NCBI GenBank assembly: GCA_029261655.1
Contig: JAJDAY010000030.1
Span: 4,068-68,067 of the forward strand
Length of the DNA: 64,000 bases
Origin: Nitrospinaceae bacterium
GTDB taxonomy: Bacteria > Nitrospinota > Nitrospinia > Nitrospinales > VA-1
Direction of reading: 5' to 3'
Shown: piece by piece, positions 35,459 through 44,130 of the stretch
Position numbering within the stretch: the first letter of the stretch is position 1
Layout: each line of letters begins with the position of its first letter
The notes under the pieces: model-generated
What the model was told of the DNA's origin: nothing
Seen by the model: the letters and a program-made list of their open reading frames with translations, nothing else
The model's database searches: none
Made by a program: the position numbers and the translations under genes

Positions 35459-36181
35459 TCAAACCTCTGAGTCCAAATCATGACTGGAAGAAGAGGAAGA
35501 AACGGCATCTTCTTCATTATTAGGAAAAGAGGATTTCTTTTCAGGGACCACCAGTTGCGGCGGATCTTCATCCCCGTCTTCATCTTCAAGGGAGGCATTC
35601 TGAACAGGCGGAGTGTTAAAATCCATTTCCTCTTGAGCATTGTTTTCCAGGTCGCCTGAGAGTTCTTCCTGCAGGTCTTCCAGCGTCGGCAGGTCGACCA
35701 GATCTTTCAAACCGAAATACTCAAGAAACTTACGGGTGGTGCGATACATGATGGGTCTGCCGGGGACCTTTTTTCTGCCTGCCGGTCCGACAATTTTTTT
35801 GTCCAGCAAGGTTCGTATCACCCCGCCGCAGTCAACACCGCGTATTTCTTCGACCTCCTGTTTGGTGAGAGGCTGTTTGTAGGCGATGATCGAAAGGGTG
35901 TCGAGGCTCGGTTGCGAGAGTTTCGTGGTTTTATCGAGTTTGAGAAATTTTCGCACCCACTCTGAATATTCGGGGCGCGTGCACAACTGATACCCACCGG
36001 CAATTTCTTCAATCTTGAGGTTGCGGGACTGATACTCTTCCTGCAGCTCCTTGAGCAGGGATTGCAATTCCGATTTTTCCGTGCCGTTCATCAGAGTCGA
36101 TTGCAGGTCGTCCGGCGTGACCGGTTGATCCGACGCCAGTAGAATATTCTCGACAATGGACTTTAATTCTTCCCGTTCCAA
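35459..36181 (-). CDS. scpB: SMC-Scp complex subunit ScpB
   Basis: Motifs IAGGYQL.T, TLSIIAYKQP.T..EVEEIRGV and PGRP..Y.TT..FLEYFGL, with an acidic tail. Confidence 0.95.
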   Translation of the reverse strand: MEREELKSIVENILLASDQPVTPDDLQSTLMNGTEKSELQSLLKELQEEYQSRNLKIEEIAGGYQLCTRPEYSEWVRKFLKLDKTTKLSQPSLDTLSIIAYKQPLTKQEVEEIRGVDCGGVIRTLLDKKIVGPAGRKKVPGRPIMYRTTRKFLEYFGLKDLVDLPTLEDLQEELSGDLENNAQEEMDFNTPPVQNASLEDEDGDEDPPQLVVPEKKSSFPNNEEDAVSSSSSSHDLDSEV

Positions 36182-36309
36182 TTCTTCTTCCCCAGTAAGT
36201 TCAGGTTTATTCTATTACAGAAACACAATGCGGCAAAAAACAATCCAGCCCTTATTTTAATAAATTCCGTTCAAAGCCGATCCCGGAGAAAAAACCATCG
36301 TGCCAAATT

Positions 36310-37506
36310 TTATTTTCCCGCACTTTTAGTATTCTTGAAATACTTGCTCAAGGCCAGTCCCTGGGAATGATAATTGGACATGATTTCTTTTCCGTACACG
36401 ATGGTCGGCGTTTCAATGATCTTTTCAAATTTCAACCTGCAAAACGTTTGCCCGTCTTCCACCATGAAGGGGACATCGTGCGGACGGACCTCCATGACCG
36501 CGCGTGTTCCAAGATTGAGGCTCGACTCCCCTTCGACCCAACCGAAGCCGGGATCGAAAAAACCGGCGTAGTGCGTGCGCAGTTCGCCGCTGTTGGGTTC
36601 ATACGCCACCATTTCCGCGAGCAGGTGCGGGGCGACGCAAATCTTTTCCTTCGACATCATGATGTAAAAACATTCCGGCTCCAGAATCAGCCGGTTGTTT
36701 CTGGCCCGGTGAACAGGTTCCCAGAAATCTTCCGCCTCGTAATGATTGATTTTTGCAAGGTCGATGACGTTGGAATTGGTTTTTGCCTTATAGGCGATGA
36801 CATCGTCCTCGTTTTTTCCAACCAGATCGACGCCGATGTAGATGCCCTCCTTGACCCGGATGGAGCTGTAGGGAATTTCGAAACCGTTATCATCGAACAG
36901 AATGGGGTTTTTTTTATACTCTGGCTCCAGCCCCTGATTGCCCAGTGTTTCAGAGGTGACGTATCCGATCCGCAATTGATTGAGCGACTGCCCCGCGGTG
37001 ACTTTTACGGGAAACGATCTGGGAATAATTTCCAGATACATTTTACCCTGATATTCCTTCTGAATTTCATCGAATCGATGGCCACGGTCTATGATCACGC
37101 GGGTGAACATGTCCAGTCGACCGGTAGAACTTTTCGGATTGGCCAGCCCAAACATGGCAGGCGGGAAATTCAATTCCTCCATGAGCGGGATCAAATAAAT
37201 CGCGCCTTTTTCAAGGATGCCCCCGCCCTTCGATAGATCGAACTCATAAAGCGTGACCTGCTTGAGTTTGTCCTCAACCGTTTCGTTTTCCGGTAAAAAA
37301 CTGCACTGAATGCGGTAGGCTTTCGGCCCCAGTCTCAGGTCCAGACTGACCGGTTGAAACTGGGAAGGCTGGATGGGAAACTCCGAATGGATGAACCCCT
37401 GCCGGCAGGCCGACTGGATCATCTGGTAGGGCAAATACCCGCGTTTTCCCTTCAAATCCTCCAAAAGGTTGTGGTTGACGGTGGATTGGGCTTTCAAAGA
37501 CGGCAT
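36310..37506 (-). CDS. dcd: dCTP deaminase, long duplicated-domain type
   Basis: Motifs QPVSLDLRLG, ANPKSSTGRLD.FTRVI, HYAGFFDPGFG, EVRPHDVPF and SNY.SQGLALSK. Confidence 0.88.
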   Translation of the reverse strand: MPSLKAQSTVNHNLLEDLKGKRGYLPYQMIQSACRQGFIHSEFPIQPSQFQPVSLDLRLGPKAYRIQCSFLPENETVEDKLKQVTLYEFDLSKGGGILEKGAIYLIPLMEELNFPPAMFGLANPKSSTGRLDMFTRVIIDRGHRFDEIQKEYQGKMYLEIIPRSFPVKVTAGQSLNQLRIGYVTSETLGNQGLEPEYKKNPILFDDNGFEIPYSSIRVKEGIYIGVDLVGKNEDDVIAYKAKTNSNVIDLAKINHYEAEDFWEPVHRARNNRLILEPECFYIMMSKEKICVAPHLLAEMVAYEPNSGELRTHYAGFFDPGFGWVEGESSLNLGTRAVMEVRPHDVPFMVEDGQTFCRLKFEKIIETPTIVYGKEIMSNYHSQGLALSKYFKNTKSAGK

Positions 37507-37663
37507 CTTTTTATCCTGGGAACAAAAAATATTTCTATGGCGATAGGACAGGCTGGGAGAAAGTCTAAAGACTGCGAATACAATTGACAGGTCGTTTACG
37601 GTTTGATTTAATCCTAATATCCGCTAATTTTCAACTGGATAATTGATTGAGGTCAAAGAATCT

Positions 37664-37915
37664 ATGCCCCTGTACGAGTATTTTTGTGGCGATTGCTCAA
37701 AAGAGTTCACGCTATTGCAACCCGCCAGCGTCAACAAAGAGGAAACTACCTGCGCCGAATGCGGGTCCGACAAGGTGACCCACAAATTTTCCACCTTTAC
37801 ATCCAAAGTCCAGGGAGTCACGGCTTCCAGCAAAAAACGACCGGTCACGGAAGATGATTACCCCAATAAGGATGTTTTCAAACTACCCATTCCCCGACTG
37901 AGATCCGATTTATAG
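37664..37915 (+). CDS. FmdB family zinc-ribbon protein
   Basis: MPLYEYFCGDC...CAECGS signature. Confidence 0.9.
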   Translation: MPLYEYFCGDCSKEFTLLQPASVNKEETTCAECGSDKVTHKFSTFTSKVQGVTASSKKRPVTEDDYPNKDVFKLPIPRLRSDL

Positions 37916-38009
37916 TTTTTTTTCAATATTTTGGAATAATCTCGATGTCAGGGTATCTAACAACCTTATCATTCATAATTAAATAGCTTTTAAGCAAAAT
38001 TCTTATCCT

Positions 38010-39989
38010 ATGAGCCCGAAAAAAATTAAAAGAAATAAGTCCTCCCTGGAAAGAGACCCTGCTCCGTCAAATTCAGCCGGAGCTTTAAAACGTGTCGGCC
38101 TGACGGTTTTCTGGGGAGCTGTCATCGCAGTCGGGCTTTGGGCTTTAATGGATTTATCGACTCCTGAGAGCGAGCTTGTTCCTTACAAACAAGTCAAGCA
38201 GGCTTTGGAGGAGCAAGCCAAAGAGCCTGATACAGAGCCATTGCCGGACTTTGACCCGGCACCCGATGACCTCGACCTGGACTCTTCAGACCTCGTTAAA
38301 AAAGCATCCAACGACCCGGCGCCCAAAACCGACCTGCCCAAAGAAACCCTGGAGCATATTTCCAAAGGGATGGAATTGACGGAGCAGGGAAAACACAATC
38401 AGGCGAATATGGAATTTGAAAAAGCCGCTGAAATCAGCCCCGATTCAAACATCGTGTATTCCATCTGGGGCGCCGCTTTGAAGATGCAAAAAAAGTACAA
38501 GGGAGCCAATAAAAAATTTGCAAAGGCGCATGAACTGGCCCCGGATGATAAAGAGATCGTCTTCAACTGGGCCTTGTCAGCTCTTGAGGAACGGGACTCG
38601 GACGAAGCCATCCGGCTGTTTGAAAAGTCAGTGGAAATGGAGCCCAAAAACTATCTGGCCTACAATTTTCTCGGTAAAGCTTACGGCCAGAAAAAATTCT
38701 ATGACCAGGAAATCGCCAGTTACCGCAAGGCCATCGCCTTAAAACCGGACTTTGGAGCGGCCCATTTCAACCTGGGAATCATACTTGGAATAAAAAAGAA
38801 ATTTGAGGAAGCCGCGCCGCATTTTGAGAAGGCGATCGCCATCGACAAAAGTTTTGAAAAACCGTTTGTCGTGCAGATGCTGACGGCCATGGGGCTCAGA
38901 AAGGCCAAGGCCGGCGATGACGACCCTTCTGAAAAAGCAGGACCTCTGAAAGAAGCTAAACCCGATATTGAAGCGGAAATAAAAAAATCATTGGGCGGGA
39001 AATCCGAAGGGTCCGGGTCCGATCACAAAATGGAAGAGGGGTCCAAGAACGTCAAGGACACCACCAATGTCAAAGGCAAGGTTCTGGTCAACGGAAAAGC
39101 CATTGCGGCCAACGCGGTTGTGTTTCTGGAAACACAAAACAAGCTGAGGGTTCCGGATCAAAAAACCCAGGATATGACCATCCGGCAAAGCAACCTCAGT
39201 TTCTTCCCGCAACACACAACCGTTCCCGTGGGTTCCACCGTCACGTTTGCCAATGAAGACAAGGAAGTGCACAACATATTTTCCAAATCCCAGAACAACC
39301 AGTTCAATCTGGGAGCCATGGCGGCGGGTTCGTCGAGGTCACTGAAGCTGGACCAGGCGGGTCCCATCGTGCTTCGGTGTAATCTGCACAAGGACATGAT
39401 AGGCACCATTTTCGTCGTTCCCAACGGTTATTTCACGCATCCTGATGCAGAGGGAGAATTTAGTTTTGAGGGGGTTAAAAGTCAGGGGTATCTTCTGCAG
39501 GTCTGGCACCCCAGGTTGAATCCTGAGGAAGTGGCGGCCAACCTGAAACCCGTTGACATGAAAGGGGTGGATCAAACCTTCGACATGGATATTAAATCGA
39601 CCTCGCAAGCGGGAGAAATTCACGACATGGTCGATCCCACCGATTACAACGCCATCGTGGATAATATAGAAAAAGAAATGCTTCAGGCCATTCAGGACTG
39701 GAAAAACGGCAAAAAGTCCATCCCCAGAAAGCGCATGCTGATGGTCATCACCAAACATTATGACGGTGAAGGTTTGAAGGGCGCCATCGCGAAAAGTTTT
39801 AGCCAGAAGCGCAGTATCCAACTGGAAAAGAAACTCGATGAAATCCGCAAACTGATCTCTGGAATCGGCGTGAAAAAGGAAGATGTGACGGAAGAATTGC
39901 TCACCAGCCGTGCCAGGTTTGCCGTCAGCCAACTGCGTAACAACGTGCAGGAACTGGAAGCCCGGCTGAACCCGGAAAATAAAAAATAG
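38010..39989 (+). CDS. Membrane-anchored TPR + cupredoxin-like + helical-domain protein
   Basis: Single TM, acidic linker and about 5 TPRs. These are followed by F.P...VPVGSTVTF.N.D...HNIFS...CNLHKDM (type-1 Cu ligand pattern) within a carboxypeptidase-regulatory-like frame, then a helical C-terminus. Confidence 0.8.
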   Translation: MSPKKIKRNKSSLERDPAPSNSAGALKRVGLTVFWGAVIAVGLWALMDLSTPESELVPYKQVKQALEEQAKEPDTEPLPDFDPAPDDLDLDSSDLVKKASNDPAPKTDLPKETLEHISKGMELTEQGKHNQANMEFEKAAEISPDSNIVYSIWGAALKMQKKYKGANKKFAKAHELAPDDKEIVFNWALSALEERDSDEAIRLFEKSVEMEPKNYLAYNFLGKAYGQKKFYDQEIASYRKAIALKPDFGAAHFNLGIILGIKKKFEEAAPHFEKAIAIDKSFEKPFVVQMLTAMGLRKAKAGDDDPSEKAGPLKEAKPDIEAEIKKSLGGKSEGSGSDHKMEEGSKNVKDTTNVKGKVLVNGKAIAANAVVFLETQNKLRVPDQKTQDMTIRQSNLSFFPQHTTVPVGSTVTFANEDKEVHNIFSKSQNNQFNLGAMAAGSSRSLKLDQAGPIVLRCNLHKDMIGTIFVVPNGYFTHPDAEGEFSFEGVKSQGYLLQVWHPRLNPEEVAANLKPVDMKGVDQTFDMDIKSTSQAGEIHDMVDPTDYNAIVDNIEKEMLQAIQDWKNGKKSIPRKRMLMVITKHYDGEGLKGAIAKSFSQKRSIQLEKKLDEIRKLISGIGVKKEDVTEELLTSRARFAVSQLRNNVQELEARLNPENKK

Positions 39990-39998
39990 CCATGACCT

Positions 39999-40024
39999 CG
40001 GTTGCGGGTCTTTGTCCGCAACCG
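39999..40024. terminator. Stem-loop after the TPR-cupredoxin gene
   Basis: CGGTTGCGG-N8-CCGCAACCG with no U tract. Confidence 0.45.
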
Positions 40025-40077
40025 CTCCCACCCGCCATATTTGACTTTGCCGCCATCTGGATGATAATTTGACTGTC

Positions 40078-41523
40078 ATGAAACTGCGTCTCTACAATTC
40101 ACTGACCCGCAAAAAAGAAGATTTCATTCCCTTGCAGGAAAACCGGGTGGGGATGTACGTTTGCGGCGTGACGGTTTATGATTATTGCCATGTCGGGCAT
40201 GCCCGTGCGGGAGCGGTTTTCGATACCATTTACCGATACCTGAAACATCTGGGCTATGAAGTGAACTACGCCCGCAATTTCACCGATATCGACGACAAAA
40301 TCATCAACCGGGCCAAAGAACAAGGCATCCCCTGGCAGGAAGTGACTGAAAAATACATTCAGGCTTTCTACGAAGACATGGGAAAACTGAACATCGATCT
40401 CCCGACCGTGGAACCCAAAGCCACGGGGCATATCCCGGAGATGATCGCCATGATCCAGGCTCTCATTGAACAGGGAAAAGCCTACGACAAGGACGGAGAC
40501 GTTTTTTATTCTGTTCTGTCATTTCCCGGTTATGGAAAACTTTCCGGAAAAAACACCGACGATCTTTTGACCGGCGCCCGTGTCGAAGTTAACGAAGCCA
40601 AACGCAATCCCCTGGATTTCGCGTTGTGGAAAAAAAGTAAACAAGGTGAGCCCGCATGGGACAGCCCCTGGGGGCCGGGTCGCCCAGGTTGGCATATCGA
40701 ATGTTCGGCGATGGGAAAAAAATATCTCGGAGAAACCTTTGACATTCACGGCGGCGGAAAGGACCTGATCTTTCCGCACCACGAAAACGAAATCGCCCAA
40801 TCCTGCGGCGCATCGGGGAAACCTCCGGTCAAATACTGGATACACAACGGATTCGTCAATATTGACAAGGAGAAAATGTCCAAGTCCCTTGGCAATTTCT
40901 TCACCATCCGCGAAATTTACAAACGTCATCACCCGGAAGTGCTGCGGCTTTTTTTAATCAGCAGTCATTACCGCAACCCCATTGATTTTTCCGAAAAAAA
41001 TATCGAGGATGCGGCCAAAGTGCTGACCCGGTTTTACGAAGGCATTGAAGCGGCGAAAGATTTTCTGCAAGAAAAAAAGAGCGCAGGAAGTTCTTCTTTA
41101 GACGACAAGATACAATCTTCTGTTTTCATGCAGAAATTTGAGGAAGCCATGAACGATGACTTCAACACCGCCGTCGCTCTGGCCCATTTGAACGAAGAAC
41201 TACGCAAAATGAACACTCTCATGCAGGCCCCCAACACCGGTCAGGATGCAGACCTTGAAATCAGCCTCGCTGGTTTAATAAAAGCCGGCCATGTGCTGGG
41301 CCTGTTTTTTAGGAGTCCGAAAGAATTTCAATCCGAAATGTTTCAATTGAAGAATCAGGAGTTGGACCTCGACACTGAAAAAATTGAGAGCCTCATCGCG
41401 GAAAGAAATTCAGCCCGCACCGCAAAAGACTGGAGCAGGGCCGATCAATGCAGGGACGACCTGACCGCGATGGGAGTGGTGCTGGAAGACACTCCCAACG
41501 GCACGGAATGGAAAATCAAATGA
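40078..41523 (+). CDS. cysS: Cysteine--tRNA ligase
   Basis: Motifs MYVCG.TVYD..HVGH, NFTDIDDKII, DFALWK, GRPGWHIECS, HHENE and KMSKS. Confidence 0.98.
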   Translation: MKLRLYNSLTRKKEDFIPLQENRVGMYVCGVTVYDYCHVGHARAGAVFDTIYRYLKHLGYEVNYARNFTDIDDKIINRAKEQGIPWQEVTEKYIQAFYEDMGKLNIDLPTVEPKATGHIPEMIAMIQALIEQGKAYDKDGDVFYSVLSFPGYGKLSGKNTDDLLTGARVEVNEAKRNPLDFALWKKSKQGEPAWDSPWGPGRPGWHIECSAMGKKYLGETFDIHGGGKDLIFPHHENEIAQSCGASGKPPVKYWIHNGFVNIDKEKMSKSLGNFFTIREIYKRHHPEVLRLFLISSHYRNPIDFSEKNIEDAAKVLTRFYEGIEAAKDFLQEKKSAGSSSLDDKIQSSVFMQKFEEAMNDDFNTAVALAHLNEELRKMNTLMQAPNTGQDADLEISLAGLIKAGHVLGLFFRSPKEFQSEMFQLKNQELDLDTEKIESLIAERNSARTAKDWSRADQCRDDLTAMGVVLEDTPNGTEWKIK

Positions 41524-43040
41524 CCTCCATGCAAACTTTGTTCACGGATTCTTATTCCAGATTCACCCGCTGGGTTTCAAGGGTTCAGGTGAATGAAAAG
41601 GAATCGAAGATCGAGGTTCCGGAAAAAACCATCCGCTGTGTCTGGAACGATCAGCTGTTCAAAACCGATTCGCTGCGCACCACCGATCAACGTGAGCTGG
41701 AAATTATTTTTCGAGGCTATTGGAATTTTGGTCCGGGACCGGATTTTAAAAACGCCGTCATAAAAGTAAACGGAAAAACTCTGGAAGGAGATGTCGAGAT
41801 CCACGTTTATTCATCGGACCGGGAGGCGCACGGCCCGGTGACAGATTCGGAATACGGCAATGTGATCCTGCATGTTTTTTTGTGGAGCGGGGAATCTGAT
41901 GTCCGATCCAGAACCGGTATTTACCAGCTGGAATTAAAAAAACATCTGACCCGGGGAATCCTTGATCTCAACGACGAACTGGATTTTGATAATTATCCAG
42001 AACAAAACCAATTGGATTTTGGTCGATGCCACCAGCCTCTGGAACAGCTTTCCAAAGAAAAACTGACCCATCTTTTAAACGCCGCCGGGGATGCCCGTGT
42101 ATTCACCAAGATGGAACGATTTCACGACCGGGTCATTATCAACGGTTACGAACAAACATTTTACGAAGGCGTCGCGGAAGCCCTTGGTTACCCCAACAAC
42201 AAAGAGCCGTTTCAAAAACTGACGGGAGCCATTCGGTTGAACACTCTGCAAGAACTCCTGCCCAGGAGAATCAGCAAGGCGGAAAAAGTTCTGCACATTC
42301 AGTCCATGATGTTTGGCGTGGCCGGGCTGATCGGATTCAAACAACTGGACACATCCGGTTTGATTGCCGACGACCGTGCATATTTTGAAAAACTGCAGAA
42401 CCTGTGGGAGAAAAAATATCGTTCCCGCGCGCCATCCACTTCGCTGACCGAAGCCTCGTGGAAATTCGGCGGCATCCGCCCGGCAAATTTTCCTTATCGA
42501 CGCATTGCGGGTCTCGCTCATCTGATCGTCCGCCACGAGGAAACGGGAATGTTCGCGGACTACATGAAAATTTTTCAGGAAAACATGACCGGTGACGATG
42601 GCGGCAAGAACCCGGTTCCCGGTAAGCTCACCGATTTTTTCTGTGTCGAGGCCAACGACGACTACTGGGGCAATCATTATTCTCCCGGCGGCAAACTGCT
42701 GGAGAAGCCGCAGGTGTTGGTCGGCGCCACGAGGTCCAGGGAAATCACCATCAATATCGCGATTCCTGTCGGATTGATTTTTGCCCGCGCCAGTAAATCG
42801 GAGAAACTGGAAACCGGCTTCAATGTTTTGTTTCAGTCCGGTAAGAAACCCGGCGACAATAAGTTATTGCGCTTCATGAAGCATTACATCTTTGGAAACA
42901 AGAAGGAAATGCTCAAAGTGCTAAAAAACGACAAACAGGCCCAGGGGTTGATGCAGGTTTATCAGGATTTCTGCACCCAAAACGACAATAATTGCGAACA
43001 CTGCCAATTCCCCGATATCGTCAAAAAATATTTTTCATGA
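41520..43040 (+). CDS. DUF2851 family protein
   Basis: ATGA overlap with cysS. Motifs GYWN.GPGPDF, GDVEIH, NVILHV, LGY..NK.PF, RPAN.P.RR and a C-terminal C-x6-CxxC. Confidence 0.8.
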   Translation: MTSMQTLFTDSYSRFTRWVSRVQVNEKESKIEVPEKTIRCVWNDQLFKTDSLRTTDQRELEIIFRGYWNFGPGPDFKNAVIKVNGKTLEGDVEIHVYSSDREAHGPVTDSEYGNVILHVFLWSGESDVRSRTGIYQLELKKHLTRGILDLNDELDFDNYPEQNQLDFGRCHQPLEQLSKEKLTHLLNAAGDARVFTKMERFHDRVIINGYEQTFYEGVAEALGYPNNKEPFQKLTGAIRLNTLQELLPRRISKAEKVLHIQSMMFGVAGLIGFKQLDTSGLIADDRAYFEKLQNLWEKKYRSRAPSTSLTEASWKFGGIRPANFPYRRIAGLAHLIVRHEETGMFADYMKIFQENMTGDDGGKNPVPGKLTDFFCVEANDDYWGNHYSPGGKLLEKPQVLVGATRSREITINIAIPVGLIFARASKSEKLETGFNVLFQSGKKPGDNKLLRFMKHYIFGNKKEMLKVLKNDKQAQGLMQVYQDFCTQNDNNCEHCQFPDIVKKYFS

Positions 43041-43092
43041 AGGTTGCAACACCCACCCGTATTTACCTGAAAAAACTACTTTTAATTCGACC

Positions 43093-43234
43093 TGGGCCCG
43101 CCATCAAAAAAAGGGCTTTCGAGGTGAGTGTTCCCTTGCTACCCTTTCTACCCCTTCGGGGCATGAAAGCTGATGAAGGAAATATCACAAGCGAAGCGAG
43201 GGCGGCCCAATCTTCCTCCCAAAGTTCGTGGAGG
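43093..43234 (+). ncRNA. Putative structured RNA element upstream of cysD (family unidentified)
   Basis: Rod-like fold: 43093-43102 pairs with 43201-43209, inner helix GTGA.TGTT.CCTT/AAGG.AATATCAC and an apical cUUCGg loop (43152-43161). A second hairpin CCTCC/GGAGG lies at 43215-43234. Confidence 0.4.
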
Positions 43235-43323
43235 TGCTTAACGCTTGCTTCCATTGCGCTAACAGGATAAAGTGTGAGCAACCCCGTTGGTTTTTAATCT
43301 TTTATTAGGATATCCGAACGATT

Positions 43324-44130
43324 TTGGATCATTTGGACGATCTTGAAAATCAAAGCATCTTCATACTCCGCGAGGCGTATAAAAACTTCAAAAACCTGGC
43401 CATGCTGTGGTCTATCGGAAAAGACTCCACGGTCATGGCTTGGCTGGCGCGTAAGGCGTTTTTTGGGTATTGCCCCATGCCCCTGGTACACATAGACACC
43501 AGTTATAAAATCCCCTCTATGATCGAATACCGCGACAAAATGGCCAAAGAATGGGGGCTGAACCTGGTGGTCGGGCAGAATAAAAAAGCCCTTGACGAAG
43601 GCATGAACCACGAAATGGGTCGGCTGGTGTGCTGTGAAGCCTTAAAGACTCAGGGTTTGCAAAATGTCATGGAAGAAAAGGGTTACACCGGCCTGATCCT
43701 GGGCATCCGGCGGGATGAGGAAGGAACCCGCGCCAAGGAGCGTTATTTTTCGCCGCGCGACAAAAATTTTGAATGGGATTTCAAAGATCAGCCGCCGGAA
43801 TTGTGGGACCAGTTCAAAACCACATTTAAAGAGGGAACCCACATCCGCATCCATCCCATTCTGCATTGGACGGAACTCAATGTCTGGGAATACATTCAGC
43901 GCGAGAAAATCCCCATCATCGACCTCTACTTTGCCAACGAGGAAGGCAAGCGCTACCGGTCCCTCGGTTGCGCTCCCTGTACGGGCGCCATTGATTCCAA
44001 GGCCAAAAATGTGGATGAGATCGTGGACGAGTTAAAAAATAATACAACAACTTCGGAACGGTCTGGCCGGGCACAGGATCAGGAAGACACCTACGCCATG
44101 CAGAAACTCCGCGCCAAAGGATATATGTAA
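43324..44130 (+). CDS. cysD: Sulfate adenylyltransferase subunit 2
   Basis: Motifs [44 protein letters not shown] and terminal GYM. TTG start. Confidence 0.96.
   Translation: MDHLDDLENQSIFILREAYKNFKNLAMLWSIGKDSTVMAWLARKAFFGYCPMPLVHIDTSYKIPSMIEYRDKMAKEWGLNLVVGQNKKALDEGMNHEMGRLVCCEALKTQGLQNVMEEKGYTGLILGIRRDEEGTRAKERYFSPRDKNFEWDFKDQPPELWDQFKTTFKEGTHIRIHPILHWTELNVWEYIQREKIPIIDLYFANEEGKRYRSLGCAPCTGAIDSKAKNVDEIVDELKNNTTTSERSGRAQDQEDTYAMQKLRAKGYM

Noticed and set aside
43170-43190. CTGATGA..GAAA hammerhead ribozyme core
   Set aside because: Only 2 nt separate CTGATGA and GAAA, so stem II cannot form, and the flanking stems do not fit.
43085-43323. SAM-I riboswitch before cysD
   Set aside because: It lacks the ATC.AGAG P1/kink-turn, and the GCAACC and GGTGC elements are in the wrong order.
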